Below the pieces are notes generated by a model. It was given only the letters and a program-made list of their open reading frames with translations. It was not told the DNA's origin and did not search any database. A stretch of DNA of 63,761 bases, filler included, from Coriobacteriales bacterium (GTDB lineage: Bacteria; Actinomycetota; Coriobacteriia; Coriobacteriales; UBA8131): NCBI GenBank assembly GCA_031263105.1. It is 6 parts of 6 records of this genome, joined end to end, with 100 filler letters (N's around TTAATTAATTAA, not from the genome) between each part and the next. Parts side by side here need not be neighbours in the genome. Positions count along the whole stretch, not along the records: positions 29,072 to 46,517 come from JAISGJ010000109.1; positions 46,618 to 55,761 come from JAISGJ010000114.1; 4 more parts are not named here. The stretch is one strand, 5' to 3'. Shown here in pieces: positions 37,956 through 50,687 of this stretch. The translations under genes and the position numbers were made by a program. Positions within the stretch are counted from its first letter, which is position 1; every line of letters begins with the position of its first letter.

Positions 37956-40718
37956 ATGCCTATTCGGCTCAAGGCGTTCCTTATCATTCTTTCCATAGTC
38001 GTCCTTGTCACGGTCGCGAACACGGCCATGAGCGTCTCTTTTGCCCAGGAACGCCTGCTCAAGACCGTGGAAAGCGACATGTCGGTGGTGGCACAGGTCG
38101 CCGACGAGCTGGTCGGCAGCGAGATACGGGTCCTGAGGGCGAACGCCCGAACCCTCGCACACGACCTTTCCGATATCGACGACGTCCGCCTGCAGGAGAA
38201 GCTGTACGAGCAGGCGGACGCCTACGAGGACTTCTCGGGCCTCGCGGTGTTCGACTGCAAGGGCAGCCTCCTCGCATCCTACGGAATGACGGCACTCCAC
38301 GACGCAGGGGTCGACCGCGGGCAGCTCGAATGGGCCTTCGAAGGAACGCCGAGCCTTTCGACGACCCATCGGTACCGGGAGGGCTCGCCGTTGCTCATCT
38401 ATGGCTATGTCCCGATAGCGGGGCAGGACGCAGGGATCGACCGCGTGCTCGTCGTGAGCATACGCGGCCAGTTCTTCAGCGAGCTTCTGGACGATTTCAC
38501 GGTTTGGGAAAGCGGGAGCATCTTCATCCTCGACAACGAGGGCACCATGGTGGCCAACCGGCAGCACGAGACGGTCGAGCGCCGTGACAACTACCTCGGC
38601 ACGACGGAGGCAATCCCGATCTCTGCGGAGGGCAGCGCCCTGTTCCGCAGGATGGTAGAGGAAGGGAGGGTCACGGGGAGCTACGGGCAGGACGGCGCCA
38701 GACAGCTCTGCGTCTCCACCCCCATCACCGAGTCGAAGGTAGGCTGGGTGCTCGCCGTCACGGCGCCGCTTGCAGAAAGCCCCGCTGCCCAGGTACAGGA
38801 CGCCCTCCTGCTCTCCGCCCTGCTGTTCCTCGCCCTCGGTGCGGGTGCGGCCGTCATATGCTCCCGCATCATCGCCAGGCCCTATCGCCAGATCGAGGCG
38901 CAGAACGTCCGCCTTGCCGAGCTCAACGAGGTCGCCAAGGATGCCTCGGAGGCGAAAAGCCGCTTCCTTGCCACCATGAGCCACGAGATGCGCACGCCCC
39001 TCAATGCCGTCGTCGGCCTCTCCGAGCTGATGCTCGACACCGATGACGCCGACGAGGATGCGGCTGACGACCTCGCACGGATACACGGGGCGGGCGTGAC
39101 CCTGCTCAGGATCGTCAACGACATCCTCGACATCTCGAAGGCCGAGTCAGGGAGGCTCGAGCTGCTTCCGGTCGAATACGGCACCCCTGGCCTGGTGAGC
39201 GACGTCGTCGCCCTCAACAGCGTAAGGATAGAGGACAAGCCGGTCGAGTTCGTCCTGCATATCGACGAGGAGCTTCCATCGCGGCTGCTGGGGGACGACC
39301 TGCGGGTCAAGCAGGTATGCAACAACCTGCTCTCCAACGCCTTCAAGTACACAAAGGAGGGAAGGGTCGAGTGGACGCTCGCTGCCGAGTGCGACGAGGA
39401 AGGGGGCGCATGCCTCAGCATCCGTGTGGCCGACACCGGAATCGGCATCCACGCCGAGGACCTGGAAGGGCTGTTCTCCGAGTATGGCCAGGTCGATATG
39501 CACTCGCATAGGGCGATAGAGGGCACGGGGCTGGGACTTTCCATCACAAAGAGGCTGGTGGAGGCCATGGACGGCTCGCTTTCCGTGGAAAGCGAGTACG
39601 GGGTGGGCTCGGTCTTCACCGCACGCCTGCACCAAGAACTCGTCGATGCCACGCCCATCGGGCGCGAGACGGCACAGGACCTGCAGAACTTCCGCTATGT
39701 GGAGGAGCGGCGCAGGAGCAACGCAAGGCTGCACCGCATCCCCCTGCCCTATGCGAGCGTCCTTGTCGTGGACGACATGCAGACGAACCTCGATGTCACG
39801 CGGGGACTGATGAGGCCCTATGGCATGCGGGTCGATTGCGTGACGAGCGCAGAAGAGGCCATCGAGAGGGTGCGCAGCGCAGATGTCCGCTACGACGCCC
39901 TCTTCATGGACCATATGATGCCCGGCATGGACGGCATCGAGGCGGCACGTGTCATCCGCGAAGAGATAGGCACAGACTACGCGCGCGCACTGCCCCTTAT
40001 AGCCCTGACCGCCAATGCGCTGGTCGGGAACGAACAGTCCTTCCTCGACAGGGGCTTCCAGGCCTTCCTTCCCAAGCCGGTCGGCATCGAGCGCCTTGAC
40101 GGCATACTGCGGCAATGGGTGCGCGACGAGGAGAAGGACACGCTCCTTGCCCTTGCCGACGGCATCGACATGGTGCGCCTCCTCGGGCAGTTCGGCAACG
40201 ACATGGCGGTCGCCTTGGATGTCCTCGGCTCCTTCGTTGCAAACACCGCCCCTTTGCTCGCACGGATAGGGCGTGCGCCGGAGGGAGGCCTCGCCGACTA
40301 CGCCGTTATCGTGCATGGCATCAAGGGCTCGTGCCGAGGAATCTGCGCCGAGCGTGCCGGCGCCCAGGCAGAGCTTCTGGAGCAGGCGGCGAGGGCGGGC
40401 GACCTGTGCCTCGTCGCTGAGGGCAACGGGCCATTCGTCGCCCTGATGCACGACCTGCTTGCAGGGATCGAGAAGATGGTGGAGGGCCTTGCATCGAAAG
40501 CAGCGAAGCCCCACAGGGAGGCACCGGACTCGCACCTCCTCAAGAGGCTGGCACAGCATTGCGACGACTTCGACATGGACGGGATCGACGAGGTGATAGC
40601 CGAGCTCGGCGTCTACGAGTACACGAAGGAGTCCGAGCTTGTCGTGTGGCTGCGAAGGCGCATAGAGCTGATGGAGCTCGACGAGGTGAGCTCGCGGCTG
40701 ATGCCGTTGGCGTCATAA
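37956..40718 (+). CDS. Membrane hybrid histidine kinase (Cache-HisKA-HATPase-REC-HPt)
   Basis: Two TM helices flanking a Cache-like domain, MSHEMRTPLN, EGTGLGL, FMDHMMPGMDG, HPt VHGIKGS. Confidence 0.92.
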   Translation: MPIRLKAFLIILSIVVLVTVANTAMSVSFAQERLLKTVESDMSVVAQVADELVGSEIRVLRANARTLAHDLSDIDDVRLQEKLYEQADAYEDFSGLAVFDCKGSLLASYGMTALHDAGVDRGQLEWAFEGTPSLSTTHRYREGSPLLIYGYVPIAGQDAGIDRVLVVSIRGQFFSELLDDFTVWESGSIFILDNEGTMVANRQHETVERRDNYLGTTEAIPISAEGSALFRRMVEEGRVTGSYGQDGARQLCVSTPITESKVGWVLAVTAPLAESPAAQVQDALLLSALLFLALGAGAAVICSRIIARPYRQIEAQNVRLAELNEVAKDASEAKSRFLATMSHEMRTPLNAVVGLSELMLDTDDADEDAADDLARIHGAGVTLLRIVNDILDISKAESGRLELLPVEYGTPGLVSDVVALNSVRIEDKPVEFVLHIDEELPSRLLGDDLRVKQVCNNLLSNAFKYTKEGRVEWTLAAECDEEGGACLSIRVADTGIGIHAEDLEGLFSEYGQVDMHSHRAIEGTGLGLSITKRLVEAMDGSLSVESEYGVGSVFTARLHQELVDATPIGRETAQDLQNFRYVEERRRSNARLHRIPLPYASVLVVDDMQTNLDVTRGLMRPYGMRVDCVTSAEEAIERVRSADVRYDALFMDHMMPGMDGIEAARVIREEIGTDYARALPLIALTANALVGNEQSFLDRGFQAFLPKPVGIERLDGILRQWVRDEEKDTLLALADGIDMVRLLGQFGNDMAVALDVLGSFVANTAPLLARIGRAPEGGLADYAVIVHGIKGSCRGICAERAGAQAELLEQAARAGDLCLVAEGNGPFVALMHDLLAGIEKMVEGLASKAAKPHREAPDSHLLKRLAQHCDDFDMDGIDEVIAELGVYEYTKESELVVWLRRRIELMELDEVSSRLMPLAS

Positions 40719-40818
40719 GGGCATCCATGCTGCGTGTGCCCCAAAGCTGCAATTAGGTAGGCGGGCGCGGGCAACGGCACGGCGACAGGGAACGAAGGCA
40801 AGGAGCAGGGTGAACGCC

Positions 40819-41919
40819 ATGGCAGGAACACGACAGAAGGTCATACTGGTGGACGACAACCTCTCGAACCTCTCTATCGGCAAGAACATCCTCCGAACGT
40901 CATACGAGGTATACCCGGTTCCTTCGGCGCACAAGCTCTTCGAATGCCTGGGGCGCTTCACGCCCGACCTCATCCTCCTTGACATCGAGATGCCCGAGAT
41001 CGACGGCTACGAGGCGATCCGCCGCCTGAAGGGCGTGCAGGAACATGCCGACATCCCCGTTATCTTCCTGACGGTGAGACGCGACGAGGAGAGCGAGCTC
41101 AAGGGCCTCGCCCTCGGTGCCGCAGACTACGTCCACAAGCCCTTCTCGGCTCCGTTGCTGCTCAAGCGCATCGAGACGCACCTGTTGTTCGCCGCCCAGA
41201 AGCGCAGCCTGAGACAGCACAACGAGAACCTCCAGGGGCTCGTTGCAGAAAAGACGCGGCAGGTGCTGGAGATGGAGAACGCCATCTTCGATACCGTCGC
41301 CGAGATGGTCGAGTTTCGCGACGACGTGACCGGCGGCCATGTCTCGCGCACCCAGGAGTACCTCCGCATCCTGATAGACAGGCTCATCGAGGAGCAGATA
41401 TACCAGGAGGAGGTGTCCCGCTGGAACCTCGACTTCCTCGTTTCTTCGGCACAGCTGCACGACGTGGGGAAGATCGCCATCAGCGACGCCATCCTGGGCA
41501 AGCCCGGAAAGCTTGACAAGGAGGAGTTCGAGGTCATGAAGACGCACGTCCTCATCGGCGTGAAGGCGATAGAGCGCATGGAGCAGAACACCGCAGGCCA
41601 TGACTTCCTTCGGCATGCGAAGGCCATCGCGGGCACGCATCACGAGAAGTGGGACGGCACAGGGTACCCCTATGGGCTGCGCGGCGAGGAGATCCCCCTC
41701 GAAGGACGCCTCATGGCCATCGCGGACGTCTATGACGCGCTCATCTCGACGCGCCCCTACAAGAAGGCGCTCTCGACCGAGGAGGCCGAGCGCATCATCG
41801 AGGAGGGGAGGGGGACGCACTTCGACCCTGTGCTGGTAGACCTTTTTCGCTTGGTCGCCGACAGGTTCGCAGACACCGTGCAGCGCTATCGGGAACGCGA
41901 GGCCCTGGTAAGGGTGTGA
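40819..41919 (+). CDS. RpfG-like REC + HD-GYP phosphodiesterase
   Basis: REC LDIEMP; LHDVGKI, HHEKWDGTGYP, ADVYDAL, RPYK. Confidence 0.93.
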   Translation: MAGTRQKVILVDDNLSNLSIGKNILRTSYEVYPVPSAHKLFECLGRFTPDLILLDIEMPEIDGYEAIRRLKGVQEHADIPVIFLTVRRDEESELKGLALGAADYVHKPFSAPLLLKRIETHLLFAAQKRSLRQHNENLQGLVAEKTRQVLEMENAIFDTVAEMVEFRDDVTGGHVSRTQEYLRILIDRLIEEQIYQEEVSRWNLDFLVSSAQLHDVGKIAISDAILGKPGKLDKEEFEVMKTHVLIGVKAIERMEQNTAGHDFLRHAKAIAGTHHEKWDGTGYPYGLRGEEIPLEGRLMAIADVYDALISTRPYKKALSTEEAERIIEEGRGTHFDPVLVDLFRLVADRFADTVQRYREREALVRV

Positions 41920-41965
41920 GGACTGTCTGCCCAGTCGGAGCGCTTCCGGCGCATACGAGGCGTCC

Positions 41966-42049
41966 TGGTACCCGGGGTGGGATTCGAACCCACATGTCTT
42001 TCGACAAAGGTTTTTGAGACCTCCGCGTCTGCCGTTCCGCCACCCGGGC
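41966..42049 (-). tRNA. tRNA-Leu(CAA)
   Basis: GCCCGGGTGGCGGAACGGCAGACGC...CT CAA AA...GTTCGAATCC...ACCA, with long variable arm. Confidence 0.96.
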
Positions 42050-42152
42050 ACGTGAGGCGCGTTTGGGGCAAAGGCATTGCCGCGCCGAACAAGGCGCGCC
42101 CGATATTGTACCATAGAGCCTTCAGTGTAACCGTCATGTGAGGGAAGGCCGT

Positions 42153-42776
42153 ATGTATGTCGTCTTATTGACCGGTGGCCTCGCCTCGGGGAAGGACACC
42201 GTGAGCGCGCACCTTGCCCAGCTCGGTGCAACCGTCCTCGACCTCGACCTGATGGCCAGGGAGGTGCAGGCCGAGGAACCGGTACTGGAGGGGCTCACGT
42301 CGGCGTTCGGCAGCGACATCGTCGCCCCGGACGGCTCGCTTGACCGCCCGCTGCTCGCACGGCGGGCCTTTGCCGACCGGCGGTCCGCCGAGCGCCTCAA
42401 CGCCATCTGTTGGCCGCCGGTCAAGGAGCGTGTCGCCGACTACCTCCTCGGAAGCACCTGTCAGCCGAGGAACGAGGGGGCACTGCTCGTCGTGCAGGTC
42501 CCCCTCCTTGCAGAGGCCCCCGACCTCATCGACCTTGCCGACGAGGTGCTCGCGGTCTGTGCCGACGAGCCCCTCCGTTTCAAGCGGGCGGTCGCACGCG
42601 GGATGGACCCCGAGGACGCGCGCAACCGGATAGCGCTCCAGGCAAGCGACGAGCAGCGCCGGGCGATAAGCGACACGGTGTTCCTCAACAACGGGGGCCT
42701 CGACGAGCTGAGGGCCCAGGTCGACGCCTGGTACGCCGACCGGATCGCCGACCGGATCGAAGGCACAAAGCTATGA
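42153..42776 (+). CDS. coaE: Dephospho-CoA kinase
   Basis: LTGGLASGKDT, DGSLDR, VQVPLL; upstream of uvrB. Confidence 0.93.
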   Translation: MYVVLLTGGLASGKDTVSAHLAQLGATVLDLDLMAREVQAEEPVLEGLTSAFGSDIVAPDGSLDRPLLARRAFADRRSAERLNAICWPPVKERVADYLLGSTCQPRNEGALLVVQVPLLAEAPDLIDLADEVLAVCADEPLRFKRAVARGMDPEDARNRIALQASDEQRRAISDTVFLNNGGLDELRAQVDAWYADRIADRIEGTKL

Positions 42777-42874
42777 CGCAGATGGAAGATCCGACAGTTC
42801 GGCGAGCTGTCGGAGGCTGAGCGAGCCTGCGAGCCAGCCGGGTAGGTCGGTGAACGCAGAAAGGACACGAAACC

Positions 42875-44980
<2,106 letters not shown>

Positions 44981-45016
44981 TGCGGACGGCAGGTCCTGCA
45001 TGCCCCCGCCTGCGGA

Positions 45017-45180
45017 GTTGCTGTTCACACCCCCACTGTCATTCCGAGCTCCGCCGCGGAATCTTTGGACACGCTGTGTCCAACGGCAGGTCAGGGGGTC
45101 CTTCGACCTGCGGTCGACCGCTTGCGCGGTCGAGGATCCCTCGACAGGCTCGGAATGACAGTGGGGGTGTGAACAGTAGC
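45017..45180. mobile_element. MITE copy 10
   Basis: Perfect TSD CCTGCGGA (45009-45016 / 45181-45188). Confidence 0.97.
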
Positions 45181-45335
45181 CCTGCGGACGCGAGACGGAG
45201 ACGAGATCGTGCGTGTGTGTGGCGCATATATCCCATAACTGGTAAACTGGCGGCAGTTGTGTTCTCCCGATCGGTTCTGTCAGGGCGGGCAATACACCAT
45301 AAACGCAGTAGTGTGAGGTTCTGAAAGGACGTACC

Positions 45336-45800
45336 ATGGACGAAACCGGAGTAATGGCACTGCTCGATGAGCTCTCCGATCTTATCGAGGACGGCAAGCC
45401 GGCATTGGGCAACAGGGACAAGAGGCAGGTCGAGGTCGCACCTGCGCTGGACATCCTCGACGAGATACGCCAGTCGTTCCCTGTGGAGTTCTCGCAGGCC
45501 CGCCAGATAGTCCGTGAGCGTCAAGGGCTTCTGGAGGACACCGAGGCCGAATGCAACCGCATCCTCGAGGATGCGCGCAACCAGGCGCTGATCATAGCCA
45601 GCGAACAGGAGATCGTCCGTATCGCCCAGCAGCAGGCGGAGAACATCCTTGCGGACGCCCGCGAGATGGAGCGTGAGACCCGTGCCGGGGCCGAGGACTA
45701 TGCAGACAACGTCTTCTCCCACATAGAGAGCACGCTGGACTCCCTGAACGAGAACGTGCGGCGTTGCCGGGAGCGCCTCAACAACAAGGCCGTCCGGTAA
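45336..45800 (+). CDS. Coiled-coil DivIVA-like / ATP synthase b-like protein, typically upstream of yceD
   Basis: LLDELSDLIEDGK...QARQIVRER...GAEDYAD; gene context. Confidence 0.75.
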   Translation: MDETGVMALLDELSDLIEDGKPALGNRDKRQVEVAPALDILDEIRQSFPVEFSQARQIVRERQGLLEDTEAECNRILEDARNQALIIASEQEIVRIAQQQAENILADAREMERETRAGAEDYADNVFSHIESTLDSLNENVRRCRERLNNKAVR

Positions 45801-45864
45801 CCCTGCGACAGTGCCGACGGTCCCTCGGGGCCTGCGGCGCGGGCTTTTCCTGAAGGCGGCTCGA

Positions 45865-46401
45865 ATGGACTTCCCATGGGAGATTCCCTATAGGCTTTTG
45901 CCGGACCTGGCAAGGCCGGGCGCGTCACATGACCTGGAGGGGACACTGCCCGGCGGGCGGCTGGACATTGGCCATCGCACCCTCGGCATCGACGAGGGGA
46001 TCACCTACCGCCTCACACTTGCAAACACCGGCGGCGACGTGCTTTTGACCGGCACGGCGTCCGCCACGACGCGCACCGAGTGCGCACGCTGCCTCAGGGA
46101 GCTCCCTTTGGAGCTGCAAGGCGAGGTCGAGGGCTACTTCATCCTGGAGCCCGACGAGCTTGACCGCAGGCTCTCCGACGACGAGTTCACGGTCGTCGGG
46201 GCCGACGGCATCGTCGATCTGGCGCCTTCCGTATGCGCCGCCCTCGTCTACGAGCTGCCGCAGGCGCCATTGTGCCGCGAGGACTGTGCCGGGCTCTGCC
46301 CGACCTGCGGCGCAAACCTCAACGAGCAGCAGTGTGCCTGCGGCGACCGCCCTTCTTCCGACAGCCCCTTCGCCGCCCTCAAGCAGGCCTTTGGGGACTG
46401 A
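45865..46401 (+). CDS. yceD: YceD/DUF177 metal-binding protein
   Basis: ECARCL, PLCREDCAGLCPTCGANLNEQQCAC, PFAALK. Confidence 0.9.
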   Translation: MDFPWEIPYRLLPDLARPGASHDLEGTLPGGRLDIGHRTLGIDEGITYRLTLANTGGDVLLTGTASATTRTECARCLRELPLELQGEVEGYFILEPDELDRRLSDDEFTVVGADGIVDLAPSVCAALVYELPQAPLCREDCAGLCPTCGANLNEQQCACGDRPSSDSPFAALKQAFGD

Positions 46402-46415
46402 GGGGCAAGACCCCG

Positions 46416-46517
46416 GTTACACGTCACACCCCCACTGTCATCCCGACCCCCCACTGTCATCCCGACCCCCCACTGTCATTCCGACCCCCCACTGTCATCC
46501 CGACCCCCCACTGTCAT
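46416..46517. mobile_element. MITE copy 11, left arm with tandem 19-bp units (contig end)
   Basis: GTTACACGTCACACC then CCCACTGTCATYCCGACCC repeated ~5 times. Confidence 0.9.
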
Positions 46518-46617
46518 NNNNNNNNNNNNNNNNNNNNNNNNNNNNNNNNNNNNNNNNNNNNTTAATTAATTAANNNNNNNNNNNNNNNNNNNNNNNNNNN
46601 NNNNNNNNNNNNNNNNN
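46518..46617. other. Artificial contig linker
   Basis: N-TTAATTAATTAA-N. Confidence 0.98.
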
Positions 46618-46765
46618 GGGGGGCTCGGGATGACAGGGGGCTCGGGACAGTGGGGGCTCGGGATGACAGGGGGGCTCGGGATGGCAGTGGGGGGCTCGGG
46701 GCGGCAGTGGGGGGCTCGGGATGGCAGTGGGGAGCCGGGGCGACAGTGGGGGCGTGAGCAGTAAC
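46618..46765. mobile_element. MITE copy 12, right arm with ~7 tandem units (contig start)
   Basis: Repeated GGGGCTCGGGATGRCAGTG units ending GGCGTGAGCAGTAAC. Confidence 0.9.
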
Positions 46766-46962
46766 GACGGCAGCGCCTTCTTTGTGCGGCGGGACGTTGG
46801 GGGTGCCGTCCCCTACGGGGTGGCAGCGGGGCAACGGCAGCATGACAAAAGCAGGGTGATGCCGCCTCAGTGCTGCTTCATCTGCCATTATGGAGGGCAT
46901 TGCAAGGGTGGGAATCGCCAGGGACAGGCCGGGCTTCTTGCCTTGCGGAAGGGTGCTGTCGC

Positions 46963-49900
46963 ATGTTGCAACTCACGAAGGTCCGTAAGGCCTACAAGAC
47001 GGCGGGCTTCGAGCAGGTCGCCCTTGACGATCTGAGCGTCGCGTTCCGGGACAACGAGTTCGTCGCCATCCTCGGCCCCTCGGGCTCGGGGAAGACCACT
47101 TTGCTCAACATCGTCGGCGGGCTCGACCACTACGACAGCGGCGACCTTATCATCGACGGCATTTCGACGACCTGCTACAAGGACCGCGACTGGGACAGGT
47201 ACCGCAACAACCGCATCGGCTTCGTGTTCCAGAGCTACAACCTCATCCCCCATCAGTCCGTCCTCGTCAACGTGGAGCTTGCGCTCACGCTCGCGGGCGT
47301 CTCGCGTGCGCAACGCCGCGAGCGGGCCCTCAGGGCGCTTGAGGAGGTCGGGCTCGGGGAGCATGTGAACAAGAGGCCCAACCAGCTCTCCGGCGGCCAG
47401 ATGCAGCGCGTCGCCATTGCCCGTGCGCTCATCAACGACCCCGAGATCGTGCTTGCCGACGAGCCGACCGGTGCGCTCGACTCGAAGACGAGCGTGCAGA
47501 TCATGGCCCTGCTCACCAAGATAGCCGAGAACCGCCTGGTCGTCATGGTCACCCACAACCCCGACCTTGCCGCCCGCTACGCGAACCGCACCGTCAGGCT
47601 CTCGGACGGACGCATCGAGGCGGACAGCAACCCCTTCATCCCCACCGTAGCGGACGTCGAGGGCAAGGGCAGGCCCGCGCGCAAGACCGCGATGGGCTTT
47701 TTCACGGCGCTGGCGCTCTCCTTCACCAACCTCATGACCAAGAAGGGCCGCACCGTCATGACGGCCTTTGCGGGCTCTATCGGCATCATCGGCATCGCGG
47801 CCATCCTTGCGCTTGCAAACGGGGTGAACAGCTATATCAAGGCGACGGAGGAAAGCCTGCTCACCGTCTATCCTTTGGGGATCCAAAGCTCAGGGCTGGA
47901 TTTGACGGCGATGCTCTCCGCGTCGGTCTCTACCGGTGCGGGCGGCCCTGCCGGCCTTGGCGCGGGAGGGGAGGGAGACGCACAGGAAGGCGTCGTCATC
48001 ACCGAGCGGAAGAGCCTCACGGGCACCTTCTCAAGCATAGGGCAGAACGACCTTGCTGCGCTCAAAGCCTATCTCGATGCGGACGGAGGCGGGGTGCGCC
48101 AGTACGTCAACGCCATCGAGTATTCCTATGGCGTGACGCCCCAGGTGTTCTCCTTGAACGCCTCGGGCGACCCCATCCAGGTGAACCCCGATGCCCTCAG
48201 CAGGGGCATGGGCCTCGACCAAGGCGGCGGCTTTGGGACGCTTATGACCTTCGGGACGAGCACGAGCCTGTTCAACCCCCTGATCGAGGACACCGCCCTG
48301 CTGGAAGACCAGTACGAGGTCGTCGCCGGAAGATGGCCCGGGGGCTACGACGAATGCATCGTCGTGCTCGACAGCGGCGGTACCGTCAGCGACTACCTGC
48401 TCTACCTCATGGGCCTGCGCGACCCAAGCGAGTTCGAGACGATGGTGGAGCAGTTCCGTGACGAGAAGGAGGTCGCCGTCCCCGAGGACACGCTCGATTT
48501 TGTCCCCAGCGACCTTCTCGGCGTGAGCTTCAGGGTCGTGCCTGCGACGGAGTTTTACACCTACGACGAGGCCTATGCGGTCTGGACGGACCGGACGGGC
48601 GACAAGGAGTACATGAAGGGCCTTGTGGAGGCCGGCGAGACCCTGAGCGTCGTCGGCATCGTGCAGGCGGACCCCGACGCCACAGCCACCTCGCTCGGCT
48701 CGGGCATCTATTATCCTGCGTCGCTGACCCACCATCTGATGGAGCAGGCCGCCCAGTCCAAGATCGTCGCCGACCAGTTGGCGAACAAGGACGTCAACGT
48801 CTTCACCGGCAAGACCTTCGAGGAGGAGCGGGAGAGCGCGGCCTTTGACGGCTTTGAGATGGGCGACCTCATGACGGTGGACGAGGCGGCGATCACAGGG
48901 GCCTTCTCCGTGGACACGTCTGCGCTGAACGTCGATCTCTCCGGGGTCATCGACCCGGCCAGGGTCGCCGAGAGCCTGCCTGCGACACCCGAGGTGGACG
49001 TGGCAAAGCTCGCCGAGTCGCTGGACATCGACGTGCCCACAGAGGAGCTTACCGAGATCGCGAGCGAGGTCATGGAACAGTACCTCAGATATGCCCTCAA
49101 GCACGGCATGACGACACCCGACGCCATCCTGGACGGACTGCCTGCCTACCTCTCCAGCTCACGGGTGCAAGCGCGCCTTATAACGAAGATAGACGACACC
49201 GTCGATGTCGAGGGCATACAGGCCGAGCTTGAGGAGGCCGTCAATCAGTACATGCGACAGACGCTGGAAGGCTACCTGCTCTCGGTGATGGCGGTCCTGC
49301 AGCAGCAGATCGAGGTCGGCATGGGCTCGGCCATGCAACAGTTCGCCGCGAACATGGCAGGTGCGATGCGCGTCGACCAGGATGCCTTCATGAACGCGTT
49401 TCAGTTCAACCTGGACGAGGAGGAGCTTTCGCAGATCGTCATGACCATGATGTCGGGAGAGAGCAACACCTACGACAACAACTTGAAGAAACTCGGCTAT
49501 GCCGACGCCGCAAGGCCCTCGGGAATCGACATCTACCCCCTCGACTTCGAGAGCAAGCAAAGTGTGATCGGTGTCCTCGACGACTACAACACGCACATGA
49601 GGGAGGATGCGCAGGAGGACAAGGTCATCGCCTACACCGACTTCGTCGGGCTCATCATGACCTCTGTGACAGAGATAATCAACATGATAAGCTACGTGCT
49701 TGTCGCCTTCGTTGCCATCTCGCTGGTGGTCTCGTCGATCATGATAGGCGTCATCACCTATATCTCGGTGCTTGAGCGGAAGAAGGAGATCGGCATCCTG
49801 CGTGCCATCGGGGCCCGCAAGCGCGACATCGGCAACGTGTTCAATGCCGAGACCTTGATCGTCGGGCTCATTGCAGGGCTCATGGGCATCCTGATAACGG

Positions 49901-50088
49901 TGTTGTTGATCATACCGACGAACCTTGTCGTCGCATCCTCGTTCGGCATCGAGGCCATCGCGATCCTCCCGGTGCCCGCCGCTGTGGTGCTTGTCGTGGT
50001 GAGCATGGCGCTGACCTTCATCGCGGGGCTGATACCCGCATCGGCTGCCGCTCGTCGAGACCCGGTGGAGGCGTTGAGGAGCGAATGA
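46963..50088 (+). CDS. Fused ABC transporter ATPase/FtsX-type permease (MacB-like)
   Basis: GPSGSGKTT, LSGGQMQR, LADEPT; C-terminal SVLERKKEIGILRAIGA...DPVEALRSE. Confidence 0.93.
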   Translation: MLQLTKVRKAYKTAGFEQVALDDLSVAFRDNEFVAILGPSGSGKTTLLNIVGGLDHYDSGDLIIDGISTTCYKDRDWDRYRNNRIGFVFQSYNLIPHQSVLVNVELALTLAGVSRAQRRERALRALEEVGLGEHVNKRPNQLSGGQMQRVAIARALINDPEIVLADEPTGALDSKTSVQIMALLTKIAENRLVVMVTHNPDLAARYANRTVRLSDGRIEADSNPFIPTVADVEGKGRPARKTAMGFFTALALSFTNLMTKKGRTVMTAFAGSIGIIGIAAILALANGVNSYIKATEESLLTVYPLGIQSSGLDLTAMLSASVSTGAGGPAGLGAGGEGDAQEGVVITERKSLTGTFSSIGQNDLAALKAYLDADGGGVRQYVNAIEYSYGVTPQVFSLNASGDPIQVNPDALSRGMGLDQGGGFGTLMTFGTSTSLFNPLIEDTALLEDQYEVVAGRWPGGYDECIVVLDSGGTVSDYLLYLMGLRDPSEFETMVEQFRDEKEVAVPEDTLDFVPSDLLGVSFRVVPATEFYTYDEAYAVWTDRTGDKEYMKGLVEAGETLSVVGIVQADPDATATSLGSGIYYPASLTHHLMEQAAQSKIVADQLANKDVNVFTGKTFEEERESAAFDGFEMGDLMTVDEAAITGAFSVDTSALNVDLSGVIDPARVAESLPATPEVDVAKLAESLDIDVPTEELTEIASEVMEQYLRYALKHGMTTPDAILDGLPAYLSSSRVQARLITKIDDTVDVEGIQAELEEAVNQYMRQTLEGYLLSVMAVLQQQIEVGMGSAMQQFAANMAGAMRVDQDAFMNAFQFNLDEEELSQIVMTMMSGESNTYDNNLKKLGYADAARPSGIDIYPLDFESKQSVIGVLDDYNTHMREDAQEDKVIAYTDFVGLIMTSVTEIINMISYVLVAFVAISLVVSSIMIGVITYISVLERKKEIGILRAIGARKRDIGNVFNAETLIVGLIAGLMGILITVLLIIPTNLVVASSFGIEAIAILPVPAAVVLVVVSMALTFIAGLIPASAAARRDPVEALRSE

Positions 50089-50111
50089 CAAAAGGACGAA
50101 AGGGGATGGGG

Positions 50112-50187
50112 TGGTGCCCTCGGGCCGATTCGAACGGTCGACACCAGCTTTAGGAGAGCTGTGCTCTATCCCCTGAGCTACGAGGGC
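50112..50187 (-). tRNA. tRNA-Arg(CCT)
   Basis: GCCCTCGTAGCTCAGGGGATAGAGC...CT CCT AA...GTTCGAATC...GGCACCA. Confidence 0.96.
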
Positions 50188-50207
50188 ACAGGTACCATGG
50201 TAGCATA

Positions 50208-50687
50208 TCAGGTTTGGGGCAGGGGGGACGGGGCCTTGGCTTGGGGCTGTGCTTCGTCGGGGCCGTCAGGGGCTCTCTGCTCGTTTTCTGTTGTGAGTTC
50301 GGCGATGGTTATGTTGTCTACATAGGACTCGATGGCGGTGCGCAGGCCGAGCCAGAAGCGTGAGATTCCGCAGGAGGTCTGTCGGGGGCAGGCTTCGGCG
50401 GAGGCCTCGATGCAGGCGAGGGTGAGGAAGTCGCCTTCGGCTGCGCGTATGATGTCGCCGGCGGTGACGTCGGTCGCGGGGCGCATGAGCAGGTAGCCTC
50501 CTTGGGCGCCGCGCACGCTCTTGAGGTAGCCCGCGCGCGTGAGCGACTTGGCGAGCTGCTCGAGGTATTTGAGGGAGAGGCCCTGCCGGAGCGCGACCTC
50601 CCGCAGGGGCACGGGGCCCGCGTCCTGGCGTTGGGCGATGTCGATGATGAGGTGCAGCGAGTAGCGCGCCTTGGATGAGGCCTTCAT
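50208..50687 (-). CDS. Rrf2-family regulator (IscR/CymR-like, three Cys)
   Basis: KYLEQL....SVRGAQGGY; C-x7-C-x5-C. Confidence 0.9.
   Translation of the reverse strand: MKASSKARYSLHLIIDIAQRQDAGPVPLREVALRQGLSLKYLEQLAKSLTRAGYLKSVRGAQGGYLLMRPATDVTAGDIIRAAEGDFLTLACIEASAEACPRQTSCGISRFWLGLRTAIESYVDNITIAELTTENEQRAPDGPDEAQPQAKAPSPLPQT

Noticed and set aside
46416..46765. Left and right MITE arms on either side of the linker being one copy
   Set aside because: The flanks (AGACCCCG vs GACGGCAG) and terminal variants do not match, so these are probably different copies.
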